This document shows, in pieces, positions 37,056 through 49,485 of a DNA stretch of 64,000 nucleotides. The DNA comes from Phoronis australis (taxonomy: Eukaryota > Animalia > Phoronida). The translations under genes and the position numbers were made by a program. A model generated the notes under the pieces. That model made no database searches. It was not told the DNA's origin and saw nothing but the letters and a program-made list of their open reading frames with translations. Every line of letters starts with the position of its first letter. Positions within the stretch are counted from its first letter, which is position 1. The stretch lies in NCBI GenBank assembly GCA_002633005.1, contig NMRA01000160.1, positions 331,640-395,639 on the forward strand, read 5' to 3'.

Positions 37056-40000
37056 TTCAATGCTTGTATTAGATACTACTTACATGTGTTGTATGTTTAC
37101 TACTTTCATCTATGTCTACAACCCACATATAATGCTTCGCGATTCCTGGGTATGCCATTGTTTTCCTTGTATGTTCTGTGTAATCCTTCAAACAATATAT
37201 ATCAGTATATCACCTTTGAGTAAGTGATGGGAATTTCTGTAAGTTCCTCGCACAGTAGACGGCGTACTGAAATTTTCTTTCTCAGTGATGCAGTGGTGTG
37301 TCAGGCAACATATCGCAGGCCCACAACCAACATTTTAAGGTACAGTTCGAATTGCACATTTTCTTTGAGGGGACATCGAATTTCAGTTTCGGACCTTAAT
37401 TGCCAGAGGAGGCGTTCTTCCCTAGTTAAGCAGTCGCCCACGTCAGCCAGTCGTCGCCAGTCAACATTTTTGAGCTTCACTTGTTTGCTAACAAGTTCAC
37501 ATTGAGTTCACTGCTGTGTAGGCCTACGCTGATGTCAAACTATGATATTGGATGTATCAAGTTGGGTGACATTTGGCACGTAAGTTCAAAAACACTACAA
37601 GCATTCAGAGTGCATCAGTGAACGGGTCGAGACGTCTACTGAGAAATAGGAAAACAGTAATGGAATACGAATCGCCGATTGACTAGGATAACATGGATAA
37701 CTAAAACTACGATGGGAAGTGAAGGTTTACCTGACATGGAAGCAAACTGTTGCTTAACTTTCCTCGCCTCCTCGTCTTTCGGAAACCATACAAATCGTTG
37801 AGCACCTGCTGCAATCAGGGCAGCGCAAACTTCCCACACGGCTTTCCCCATAGCTGCATTGGACACTCGCAACGACTCGCCGACTAGGGAGTAGAATGTG
37901 CCAGTTGCCAGAAATCGTAGAGTAAGAAGTTTATAAAGTGGAGGCAATGAAGTGCGGTGATATGGCGGGTTAAGATGAAGAAGGTTCAAAATGAAAACTG
38001 TTGTCTCTGGACTGAAACGGAAACGCTGAAATAGGATACGTCGACTTAAATTTCCAAGGGATTTGACGCGTCTTTCAATCGTCTTTCGATAATGTCTTCT
38101 CTTGCTCGTTGAATAATCTGTCTATGTCTCACATCCGCCATATTTATTTTCGAGTACGATTTCAAGCACACTGCCGAACCAAACTTGAAATTTGGAGCAT
38201 ATACTCGGAATTTTTACTCAAAATCGTACTCGAAATATAGATGAAATACACTTGATTTCGAGTATACTCGAAAATTGAGTACCTGCTCGAAATTTCGAGA
38301 ACAGGTGTTTCGAGTATGACATTGAATACACCAAAGCTGAGTCTGGACTCGAGTTGAGTATGAAGTTTGAGTTTGACCATGATTCGAGTACGGAGATTGG
38401 AGACCGGGCCCAGAGCTCTAAGTATACGGTGTAGATGAACGAGGTACCAATATCTGACCACAGGAGCACTTCTATTTCACCTCAAAGGACAACTGCCATT
38501 GTCTGCACTCTGGGTGGGACTCCTGGGGACCTTACAAGGGGACCAAAATGAGCTAGATTAGATTTATGTTTGAACAACGGAGTCGGTGATGAATGGTATC
38601 TTAGTCAGAATAAAACACCTTGTCTCTTTCATAATTTTTGTGCAGTCAATTCTTAACATAACCCACTTACACAATTTTCTGTCAGCCTGTGGCTGTCAGT
38701 TTGATTAAAAGACTCTAGGTGGCGCTAATCGCCTGTGCAGTTATCTATCGAGCAAGATACCAAACAATTAAATATCATTCGTATTGCTGTATCAGTGACG
38801 AAGGAGACCACAGGAAGCCTTTTTTCACGGACTTTCAGTTCTACTGGTGCAACAATAAAAATCTATTACAGGATAACAAAGCTCAAAAAAGTCAGTTGTA
38901 ATGTACTGATGAGTTAATAATACAACCCCTGTCACTATCTCACACTCCAGAAAAGCAGGTTTTGTTCTAAAGGGGGTCCGAAACCCAGTGCTTTGTCAGT
39001 TTTCGAACACTTTAGTGGACTAAGAATCTCACGCACTGCCAACAGTGCCGGTCCGTTTTCAGACGCCTTGGTTCAAATACTGTATCTGCGCTTGAAAATG
39101 ACCGCTCCCATTATTAAAAAAGATCATACTAAAACTAATCAAGATCTCCGAGATCGCAAGTCAAAATAGAACGGTGGATAAGAGTGAAGGAGTAGTGTTA
39201 TTGGACACACAGAGGGGTCGCGCAATGCTTCTTCTACTACATGCATACAAAAGCGACTGAGTACGATTGTACCTTCTCAACTGTACTTTGTGTTTTCGGA
39301 AATGTCAGATACGGGTATTTACGCAAATTAGGGGTGCCCACGAGGAGAGATTTATGGTCAACAAAGACATCAAAATCTTTTGGCACTATTGTCTAGAATT
39401 TTTATCTTATGTTTGATTTGAGTTTTTCTGTGGAACGTAACAAATACCGAAACTCTGCAGGCCAGAGCCAATTACTAGGCTTTGTCTTCTAAAAATAGTT
39501 CGGCAAAGGTACAATTCACGAGAACCGGAAATAGAAAAAATATCAAAGCTTGTCATTGGATATGAAACCGGTATTAGAGATAATGTCGTGTTTTCTCGTG
39601 TCAACTATAGCAATGGTTACATATTTAGACAGTATGACCGGATCACGCTAGTGTCGGGAAGCTGTCGCAGTTTGCATGTCGATATGAACACCTACCAAGC
39701 TGTATAGCGATCGGATAGGCATTGCAAACCACGAACTTGTTCCTCTTTAGGTGACGGAAACGAATTAAAATACTTTAATAAACTGAACATTTTTCTGTCT
39801 GCATTTATTGACATCAAAAACATGGATGTGAATCAGAATTACACGTTGGCTTATGATTTCTATTAACCACCACCAAGTTAAATTTAGCAACAACAACATT
39901 CAATAATCACTACACCATGCATACATTTACATACATAGCTAAAATCAGCGTCAATTTTAAGAACCAGATGGGATCCAAATGTCCCGTTCCCAGCGACACC

Positions 40001-40348
40001 TGTAGAGTCGCAAGTGATTCTGGTCTCTGCTTCTTTGGGTAAGTTACGTAGCGAAAGGCATTAAAACATTTGGAGGCACAAATCTTGGCACATGGAACGG
40101 AAAAGTGAAATTATTATGGCAATTCAACATCCAATCTTCGGTGATCAAAAACTTCAGTGGCGGCCAGTTTGCTAGTCTGTGCCAGTGAGGTCTTGACGCG
40201 TGGTATTTAATAGCTCTTTGGTAATAGCCTCTGGAGTGATTTCTCCTAGCTTCTCAATTCATCTCTCTTGTCTTGCGTAGAGTGCTTCCACCATGGCTTA
40301 TCTATGCAGGAAAATGACACACTACGCAAACTACTTTAATGCACGTTG

Positions 40349-40489
40349 CATGGGCGGCGCAGCATTAAACAAAGTCGGGGGCTAAAGCCCCCAGCACCCC
40401 TGTGGTGCACCGCCCATAGACCATGGGCGCCGGAACACTGAAAAAAATGGTCTATAGTTCCCCAGCACCCCCATGGTGCGCCGCCCATG
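40349..40489. mobile_element. Small MITE (CATGGGCGGCGCA TIR)
   Basis: 13-bp perfect TIR; flanks cgttg/cgttt; absent from the paralogous site near 47690. Confidence 0.8.
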
Positions 40490-41726
40490 CGTTTTGCATG
40501 CAAAACTATTTTTATTTCCTGCCTTTTTACGATTAGGTTTAAGATAGGCAATTTCAGTAATTTGGGCTAAATCGGTTTTTTTAAGAATACCAAACCGGGT
40601 TTTAGCCTGTTAAAGGATATCAAAAATGAATTTTCCATCCAATTCTCCTCTGAAAAAATGCCCTGTAATCCCCGAAAACCCTCAAAAGCTTGGAGGAATA
40701 TTTGAAAGAAATTCCTTCAAAGTCTGCTTTTAGCGAATTTCACGGCAATTGTGGAAAAAGACGGCGGACCCACTGAACACCAGAAAACCCAATCTATGAC
40801 ATAGATGTAGGGAGTATGCATTTTTTAGTTAATGCCTGTTTTATTGATCAAGATTGACACCATTGATTCATTAGCAAGTGTCAGAACAATAATTGGTAGA
40901 AATCATTAAAAACAGGGTATTGTGTAATTTTAACGGTACCTTTTGTCGCGGTAGATGTATGATCTACGCACATTGCAAGTGCCAGATATGTTTTTCTCAG
41001 TTTGTCATTGGCTAGTATTATTGTTTACTCAACTGCTTAACGTATAGGGAAGTTTATTCCATATCAAATTATTCTTATCCAGAAATGTGCAACTTAAAAT
41101 GGGATTTTTTAACACTGAATTAGAAATACCTATCGAGAAAATAATGAATTGTAAGGTAAGACTACTCGCAAAATGTACTTTTAGAACTCAGAGCCCGCTA
41201 ACATTTTTCTAGTAGGTGGTCTCGTCCTTTTGACCTCAGAAAAATGAGTAATAATTGTTTTTTCATTAAATTTTAATTAATAACAAAACAACTGGTCATT
41301 TCAGCATCTAAGGTACCGTTTTTGTAAGCAATGAGCATTCTGTTTGTTGGCCTTGTTACGCGCATTCTCGTACGAACAGTTACGACTGAAGGACATGAAA
41401 TAAAATAGACAGCGAAACCTCGTGAAGAAAACCGTGTGTTTTGGGTCCCAATTAATGTCTAGTTTAGCACATAATTAGTTGCTGGAAGAGTTCAGGGAAT
41501 ACGACATTCAGAACGTTTTATGCTCAAGTTCACGACGTTAAGACAACAATTTTGGATGGGCTACGCATACTTGCGTTTTCTGAGCGCAGCGCTTATGTGT
41601 TATCAGTTTCATTTCTGATGAACTCTGTCAGCCTGTCTTTGAATTGACTGACCCGTGGCACGTTAATCCAGAAACAATTTTAAGCCTATTGTATCAAATA
41701 CGTCCTTATCACCATGTAGAACTCTT

Positions 41727-44501
41727 TTATACCTCACGCCTCAGTATCAACCGCTTAATAAAACCAATAGCAAGAATGAGCCCAACGGATGAAACCACAA
41801 AACCAGTTGCGCAGACGATAAGGGAAATTTTGACTCTTTCGGTAAAGCTTTCTACCATTTTATTAACCGACGTAGGACATTTTTCTAATTTGAAAGCGAC
41901 ACGACCCACCATATTCTTTGCCGCACAGGAATACTCATTAACGCAACCTAGTTGCATGTCACGTGCTCTGACTTTGACTTTTCTCGAGCTATATGGGTAG
42001 AAATAGTGACTGGAAACATTTAGAAGTGTTCTGGGTAAGTTTCGAATCTGAATTTTGGGTGCAGGGTCCCCGGAAAACACACATTCGACGGTAGCAACCT
42101 TAGAGTCTGTCATTATTCCAAATCTCTTTAAAACTGGTTTCTGACATGTCAGGTTGAAAGAAATGAAATCACGCATTGTTACAGTGACGGGCGTGGAACA
42201 AATTTGACGGTTGCTTGGTGAAAATTTCAGCGACCCGTTCAATAGAAGTTTCTGAAGAGGACGCAGTAGACAGTTACAGTGGAGAGGGTTTCCCGCAAAC
42301 AAAAGTTGAGGATTCATTGACTTCGTATCGGTCGCTTTCCGCAAACTGGTTATCGAGAAAGATCGCAGTTTGTTGTGTGATATATCTATATGTCTCGCGT
42401 GTGGTAAAGCATTTTCTTCTATGTATTCAATTCGATTATGGCCAAGTTGAATTAATTTCATGTGCTTGAAGTTGCCAAGAAGGTTGGACTGGAGGGTTAT
42501 TAAGCGGTTGTTTTTCAGCAACAATTGATCGAGATTCGATAGATGGTTGAACGCGCCGGGTTCTATTTGTTGAATCACATTGTTTGCCAGATTGAGATAG
42601 TGAAGTGAACGTGACGCATTCTTCAACATTGCCACGGAAACGTGGTGCAATCGGTTGCCATACAAATGTAACTTTTTCAAGCTAGGTAACTTTTGAAAGC
42701 CAGCATCCCCTACATGATCGATCAAGTTCGACACAAAGTAGATTATTCTAAGAGACTTAGATGTTAATATAGATTGTTCAAGACATTTCAGCTTATTATT
42801 ATTTAAAACCAACTTTGTAAGATTAGGAAGAGCATCCAGCGTACCAGGCTCGATCAGGTGTATGTTGTTGTGGGAGAGGTCGATTCTGTCGAGGTAGGTA
42901 AGTCCAAAGAACATCGGTGCAGATACAACAGTTAGTTTGTTTGAATTTAGATCGAGAGACGACATCCTGGTTTGGTAAGAAAACGCGTGACTTTCTATCC
43001 ATCTAAGGTTCATCTTTAATATTATGTCCGGACTTTGAATATTTTGCAGAAATCCACAACCAATAGTTGTGTCTTTCATTCCATCGTGGTTGATTCGAAT
43101 ACTCGGTCCTGAAAGTGGCCTTAGAAATGTGCTGTTTTCATTCACTGTGCGAAGAAAGATGTCAAGGGACCTGCTAACGTTTATGGAGGGGAGATCCTCT
43201 GGCCTCCTCACCTCGATGCTTAGAGTTTTCAAAAGTCGACTTGAAAATACACCGTGTGGCACTATAGCCAAGGGATTGCCATGAACAAACAATGATTTTA
43301 AGCTTCTTGGAAAGTAGAACATCGTTCTAATATTGTTATTATCAATCCGTAGAATCTGGAGGTTCTTGGTCTCTTGAAAAGTATTTGGTTCCACGTATGA
43401 TATGTCATTATAGCCGACATCTAACTCGGCTAAGTTCGACAGTCCTTTTAACATGCTTCCATTAAAAGCCGTCAAGTTATTACTCGCAAGATTAAGACTG
43501 TTCAGAGATGTAAGGTATTGAAAAACCCTTTCTGGTAATTCAGAAATGCCGCTTGAGAACAAGGAGAATTCTTTAAGGTGACGGACATCAGCGAACGTTA
43601 AATTTGACAGCGAGTATAAAAAATTATTTTTTGCAAGGCGTAAATCGGTCAACGTCGGTGTAGATTTCAAGGCAGACACATGTATTTTCGTCATCCTATT
43701 TCCTTCGAGACTGAGTAGTTTTAAAACACCAAGACCCACCAGACCGCTTTCTTCTAATTCCTCTATTTGATTCCGATCCAGGTGAAGAATATCTAAAGAG
43801 AGGCACCTAAGGAATGGTGACCCTTGCAGTGATCGTATCTTGTTTTCAGTCAGATCTAATCTACGGAGATTCGGTAAATTACGACAGAAGTCAGGCATAA
43901 TTAAAACTAAATCATTGTAGGACAGATCCAGCACAGAAAGAGTCTCCAAATTTTCAAAAGCGCCCTGTTCAATGTAAGATACGTCATTATTAGCTAGGAA
44001 CAAGCTATGCAGATCCCTCAATCCTTCAAACTGTGCACGGCGTAGAGTTTTTAACTTGTTTTGCTCAAAATGAAGGGATTTTAGAGATGACATTGGAAAA
44101 AACACACGATCTGGAAGAAAGCTTACTTTGTTGTTGCTGAGATCCAGACTGAGTAGAGAAACAAGTCCTTCGAACGATCTTTCCGAGATATGGGTGATGG
44201 CGTTTGCGGCCAATCGGAAAAATATCAGGTTGGTTAACTGCTCAAAAGATTCATCGACAAGAGATGTCAAGTTGTTCATTGAAATAGTTAGGCTTGTCAC
44301 ATAGTCTCGTACAGGTGAAAACGCATTTCCTTCAATTTCCTGAATTCGACAGTCTTCTAAAGCGATGAAACGAGCACCCCAATACTGTTCCATAAACGTT
44401 TTGGTCAATACCGGAACAGGTTCCTCGCATCCTGATGAAGAGACGACGATCACTAGCACGTTCGTACAGCTCAAAAAGAGAAGCAAACCAATTAACTGCA
44501 T
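41727..44501 (-). CDS. Intronless LRR + LRRCT + Ig + TM receptor, paralog A
   Basis: 924 aa from the first in-frame ATG: signal peptide, more than 20 LxxLxLxxN repeats, NPLHCNC..C cap, Ig-like C(VFSGDPAP)..YSCAAKN, TM helix, short tail KRLILRREV, no TIR domain. Confidence 0.92.
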   Translation of the reverse strand: MQLIGLLLFLSCTNVLVIVVSSSGCEEPVPVLTKTFMEQYWGARFIALEDCRIQEIEGNAFSPVRDYVTSLTISMNNLTSLVDESFEQLTNLIFFRLAANAITHISERSFEGLVSLLSLDLSNNKVSFLPDRVFFPMSSLKSLHFEQNKLKTLRRAQFEGLRDLHSLFLANNDVSYIEQGAFENLETLSVLDLSYNDLVLIMPDFCRNLPNLRRLDLTENKIRSLQGSPFLRCLSLDILHLDRNQIEELEESGLVGLGVLKLLSLEGNRMTKIHVSALKSTPTLTDLRLAKNNFLYSLSNLTFADVRHLKEFSLFSSGISELPERVFQYLTSLNSLNLASNNLTAFNGSMLKGLSNLAELDVGYNDISYVEPNTFQETKNLQILRIDNNNIRTMFYFPRSLKSLFVHGNPLAIVPHGVFSSRLLKTLSIEVRRPEDLPSINVSRSLDIFLRTVNENSTFLRPLSGPSIRINHDGMKDTTIGCGFLQNIQSPDIILKMNLRWIESHAFSYQTRMSSLDLNSNKLTVVSAPMFFGLTYLDRIDLSHNNIHLIEPGTLDALPNLTKLVLNNNKLKCLEQSILTSKSLRIIYFVSNLIDHVGDAGFQKLPSLKKLHLYGNRLHHVSVAMLKNASRSLHYLNLANNVIQQIEPGAFNHLSNLDQLLLKNNRLITLQSNLLGNFKHMKLIQLGHNRIEYIEENALPHARHIDISHNKLRSFSITSLRKATDTKSMNPQLLFAGNPLHCNCLLRPLQKLLLNGSLKFSPSNRQICSTPVTVTMRDFISFNLTCQKPVLKRFGIMTDSKVATVECVFSGDPAPKIQIRNLPRTLLNVSSHYFYPYSSRKVKVRARDMQLGCVNEYSCAAKNMVGRVAFKLEKCPTSVNKMVESFTERVKISLIVCATGFVVSSVGLILAIGFIKRLILRREV

Positions 44502-47500
44502 TATCACAGGTCGACATGTGCATGCATTCCATGCGATGCTATCGTATGAGAGAATCAGTGCTCTTGAAGGCTGTTTTATACTTTTGCCTACTCAGTTCAC
44601 GAAACGATACGATGATTGAACTCGCACTTACTATGATGAGATAGCGACATCTGGTGACAGCATCCAAACATGAATCTAATGGATGAACCCTTCAACACAG
44701 CGGGGTCATACACTTTAATCTCATATTAACTAATCAAACGTGTGAGATTAACATAGGCCGATTTATGATATATTTGACCTAAAAGAAACTATTTGGTAAA
44801 AATTATGATTAAGAGAAACTCAAATAAATTAAACGATAACCATGACACCGAGAATTTCATTTTTAAGGAAATGCACTGGTGCAAATACGGAGATAACAAA
44901 TGTAAAGTAAATAGCAATACCTGCATTGTAACAACAATAGTGCCATTATCCACACTGACAATTTCTTTTATATCATTTTCCAACACGATATTTGCATAAA
45001 AAAGAGTTTCCACTCATCTGAGCAACAAGAATTATACTGGCAGTAGCCATAATTTTGGTTTCCGTTAATGGAGCTTTGTCCGCCAGCCTGAGGTGTAGAT
45101 GGGCAACCCCAGGTGCCAGTGGATTAGGAGACCTTGATATAATTTTCAAGGTGACAGCTAGAAAATGAAGTTTTGACGTTGTTCGCATTCTCTAGTTGCC
45201 AATATTGTGTTTATCTTTTTCCGAAACATATGGCCACATCTTTCGCAATTTTCATATCCTTTGGAAAAGTAGCTGTGCCTTAACATCGATTGATGATACT
45301 AACAAGTTCTTTTATAATCACTGGTTTAATCAATTTCATGAGTTTGGTGATAATGTTGTCAAAACGTCGATTTGTATTTATTTTCAATAACTGCATGAAA
45401 TTTAAATTTTGTTTCCGCAGTGTCCAATGACACTACTCCTCTGCTTTCATACACCGTTTTGTATTTTCACATGCGCTGTTGAAGATCTTGATTAATTTCG
45501 GCATGACGTTTGTTAATAGTGGGAGTGGACCTTTTCAAGCGCAGATCCAGGATTTTGTCCAGGGCGTCTGAAAATGGACCGGCGTAGACTGCTGGCCGTG
45601 CGTCGGATTCTTATTCCATTACGGTGTTCGAAAACTGACCAAGCAGAGGGGGGGGGGTTGGGCTCCCCTTTAGAACAAAAGCTGCTTCTCTGAAGTATGA
45701 GATGGTGATGGGGGTTGTATTATTAACTCATCAGTTCATTGCATATAATCCTAGATTTTCATAGATCTTCATTGTTTCATCCATAGAACTGAAAGTCCGT
45801 GAAGAAAAAAATCATGGTCTCCTTCGTCGCTGATGTGGTATTTGATTGTTCGGCATCTTGCTCGATAGATAGTTTCACAGCCTAGTGACGTCATCTAGAG
45901 TCTTTTCATCAAATTGACAGTGACTGATTGACAGAAAATTGTGTAAGTGGGTTATGTAAAAAACTGACTACACAACAACTGTGAAAGAGACAAGATTTTT
46001 TCATTCTTGCGTTGGGCTCAATAAAAATGGCAGTAAAAATGAAGGTTAGCTCATGATCCAAAAATTTGCGATACAGATCGGGAGAGCGATGAAAGTGAAT
46101 ACAAATGGCCTGAAAATGACCAGTGAAAATGATATTTTGTATTCTAAAATGGGATAACATTAACAAATCAATTACTCTATTCAAACTAGTTTTTTGTATT
46201 TTATTTTTTCTATTTCTTGCCACTTCGTTATTTCTGTTTTAGTATGAAGCCATGAGGAGTAGATGCTGACGAAAGTCACCCACTTCCCAGTACTTTTATT
46301 TTGCGATTTTTAAGAAAATTACAAACTGGTTGTAGATATAGTTAAAAAACTTATATAATGTCAGGCTCAGGTTTCTTTTATCAAGGCCAGCTGATATGCT
46401 AAGTTTCAAAAGGATCGGTGATTTTGCATATATAGCCCACTATCTGGTTTTTATGTAGAATCGGTCTTAAATTTTGAGATTATCATTTTTGCATTCAAAT
46501 CCGTTTTTGAGCATTTTAAATAAGGACAAAAATCACAGAGTTGTCTTACGTTTGATCGCTCCGACTTGGTACGAAATCTACGCCTCACTATTAAAGAAAT
46601 GACGTCCACCCGCATCCTTCTTTGGCAAGCCCTCCAGCTTTTTTAAAAGCCCCCACCTGCATCAATGAAACTGGTTTGTGATGAAAAAGAAAACCTAGAA
46701 CTTTTGCTGATATCTAGAGTTTTTCTGTGGAACGTAACAAATACCCCAACTCTGGTGGCCATAGGCAATTACTAGACTTAGTCTGTTCAAAAATAGTTCG
46801 ACAAACGTACAATTCATGAGAACTGGAAATAGCAAAAACATCAAAAGCAGAAATGGACGCTTGCCAATGGATTTGAGGACAGTATTAGAGATAATGTCAT
46901 GTTTTTTCGTGTCAGCTACAATAATGGTTACATGTTGAGCCAATATGACCGGATCAAAGATTAGATAATACACGCTAGTGTCAGGAAGCTGTCGCAGTTT
47001 GCATTTCGATGTGAACACCTGCCAACCTGTATAGTGATCGGATGGATATTGCAAACCACGAAGTTGTTCCGCATTAGGTGATGTAACACTAAAGAATCAC
47101 ACGGAAACTCTGTGCATTTTGCGTGACATGTAGACACAAATTAAAGTACTTCCATAAACACTGAGTAATTGATAAAACGTTTTCTGCCTGCATTTATTGA
47201 CATCAAAAACATGTTTGTGAATCAGAATTACACTTAGGATTTCTAAATTTAGCAACAACAACATACAACAATCATGCATACATTTACATACATAATTAAA
47301 ATCAGCCCCAGTTTCAAGAACCAGATGGGATGCAAATGTCCCCTCTTAGCGCCACCTGTAGAGTCACATATGATTCCGGTCGTTGCTTGTATTGGTTGAG
47401 TTACGTAGCGCAAGACACTCTTAAAACATTTGGAGTCACAAATCTTCGCTCATGGAACGGAAAAGTGAAATTATTGTGACAATTCAATATCCAAGCTTCG

Positions 47501-48345
47501 GTGATCAAACACGTCAGTGGCGGCCATTTTGCTAGTCTGCACCAGTAAGGTCTTGACCATCTACACATGGTAATTAACAGGTCCTTGGCAATAACCCCTG
47601 GAGTGATTTCTCCTAGCTTCTCTAGTCTGGAGTAATGTGCTCCCACCAAGGCGAGAAATGACACACTGCGAATACTGTTTGATATACGCTGTGCATGCAA
47701 GCACATTTTTTGCCTTTTTATGATCAGGTTTAAGATTGGCAATTTTAGTAATTTGGGCTAATTCGTTTTAATGGTACTTTTGTCGCGGTAGTTGTACAAT
47801 CTGCATCTATTGCGAATACCAGAAACGTGTTTTTCTGTTTGTTGTTTACAGCGACCTGATCTACTCACCATCTTTAACAGTTTCTTCCATATCAACCCCC
47901 TTTTCTCCAGAAATGTGCAACTTAGAAGGGGAGAACTTTTGAAATGTTGTATTAGAAATACTTTATTTAGTAGTACGCGAAAATAGTGAACTGTATATTA
48001 AAAGTATTCACAAAATGTACTTTTACAGCGCAGAACCCGCTGACTTTTTTCTAGTAGGTAGTCTCATACAAGTTTATGCATTTGCGCCGAGCACAATGTG
48101 CAATGATTGTGTTTACCTAAATTTCAATTAATAACCTAATCAAGTGGTCATTTCCTCGTGTAAAGTTGTTGTGAGCAATGAGCATTCTGTATGTTGGCTT
48201 TACGCGTATTACGCACAATTTCTTCTGAACAGTTACGACTGAAGGGCGTGAAATAAAATGGACGCGACACCTGGGAGGAAAATCGTTTGTTTTTGCAGGT
48301 TCCGATTGATGTCTAGCATAGTTGTTAGAAGAAATCATGGAATAC

Positions 48346-49240
48346 TGTCAGAATAATTATTGATTAAGTAATTAGTAAGAATATCCATTTTAAGTTGTCT
48401 AAAATTTGTGCATATGTACTTTTAAATCATGGGATCAGACTTGTTGACATGTACTTTAACGTCAAAATCTATTCTTAGATGGTGTTTACAACTTTGGGTT
48501 CTGGGTTCAAAGTACTGTAGAGATTCTAGAAAATTCTGAGAAAAAATTGTAACAGCCAATAATGTGAGTGGATATGATCATGTGGTTTTTATTAGCCAAT
48601 CACTAAATAAGTAAAATATTATATTATGGGCTGAAATCAACAAGATATTCAGATGCGCTATAGTAGTTGAAGCATAAAGACTTGCTACAGTGTACAGAGG
48701 CAATTGTACAACAGAGCCATCTCGTGGAAGATTCTAGAAAGGATCTTAGCAAGGGCAAGGGTTAACGAACAGGAAGTTAACTAAGACCTTGCCACTTGCA
48801 TTGTGGGTAGTAAGGTACTACCTGAAGTGTTGCGTCATCAGCCAGAGACTGTGACCAGCAAGAAGAATCGCGGGTAGAAGAAATTGCCTGCAAGTGTTTG
48901 CATCACCAGAGACGGTGACCAACAAGTACACTGTCGTTATACAGTGTGTGTAGTTCGAAGATTCACCAACAGGAGAGACATCCAACAAGTGGAGAGTCCT
49001 AGCTTGGATAGCAGATAAGACATTTGATTGTTTTGGTTGTTTGATTAAAGTAATCTTTAAAGAGGGCGCTAGCGTAGTTACTCTTTGTAGTCGATAACTT
49101 AATTAACAATAGGTTTCATTTGTCTAATTAGGGGTTATCATATAATAAATTAATTACTGAATTTGGTTATTCATTCTCCATCTACACACAATCTCAAAGC
49201 ATAGCTAACTTTTAAACAAACCCACAGTCAATCTCTGACA
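48346..49240. mobile_element. Solo LTR, 895 bp
   Basis: TGTCAGA...TCTGACA ends; exact 5-bp TSD AATAC; a single AATAC at the paralogous empty site (about 41498). Confidence 0.88.
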
Positions 49241-49360
49241 AATACACCAACGTTTTGTGCATTTTATGAACACAGGACTCCTGTGTTATCAGTTTCATTT
49301 CGAGTGAACTCTGTCAGTCGGTCTTTGAATTGACTGATCCGTGAAACGTCAATCCAAATA

Positions 49361-49429
49361 CACTGGCGGCGCACCGTTGGAGGGAGGGGGGCTATAGCCT
49401 CCAACTTATATCTGTGCTGCGCCGCCAAG
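49361..49429. mobile_element. Mini-MITE (CACTGGCGGCGCA...TGCGCCGCCAAG)
   Basis: Inverted ends; absent from paralog A (about 41670). Confidence 0.65.
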
Positions 49430-49485
49430 AAAGTAGTTGTAAGCCTACTGTATCTAGTTCGTCCGTATCATCATGTAGAACTCTT

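Larger units (their letters stand above)
31865..38141 (-). pseudogene. Spliced Harbinger DDE transposase (HARBI1-like), inactivated
   Basis: Exons 38141-37731 (LRFLATGTFY), 34827-34712 (FPNVLSAIDCTHV..VNRKMYHSINVQ), 32992-32881 (PGSVHDSRIF) and 32258-31865 (GDSGY..IEQTFGILKRRF..LHN). Lesions: frameshifts near 38050 and 31985, a non-GT donor after exon 2, and a stop near the C terminus. Confidence 0.88.
19544..38410. mobile_element. PIF/Harbinger DNA transposon, 18.9 kb including nested insertions
   Basis: 24-bp TIRs GG(A/C)CCGGTCTCCAATCTCCGTACT (19544-19567 and 38387-38410, 1 mismatch); CAG TSD on both sides; tactc/gagta subterminal repeats; convergent Myb-like and DDE genes inside. Confidence 0.9.
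38619..45210. repeat. Tandem segmental duplication unit A (LRR gene and flanks)
   Basis: 39393-45210 aligns with 46696-57965 once insertions are removed. 38619-39116 matches 45513-45994 in inverted orientation. Confidence 0.85.

Noticed and set aside
41727-41745. C-terminal RREV as a PDZ-binding motif, and a Toll-like receptor call for the LRR genes
   Set aside because: Arg at -2 fits no canonical PDZ class, and no TIR domain follows the TM helix.
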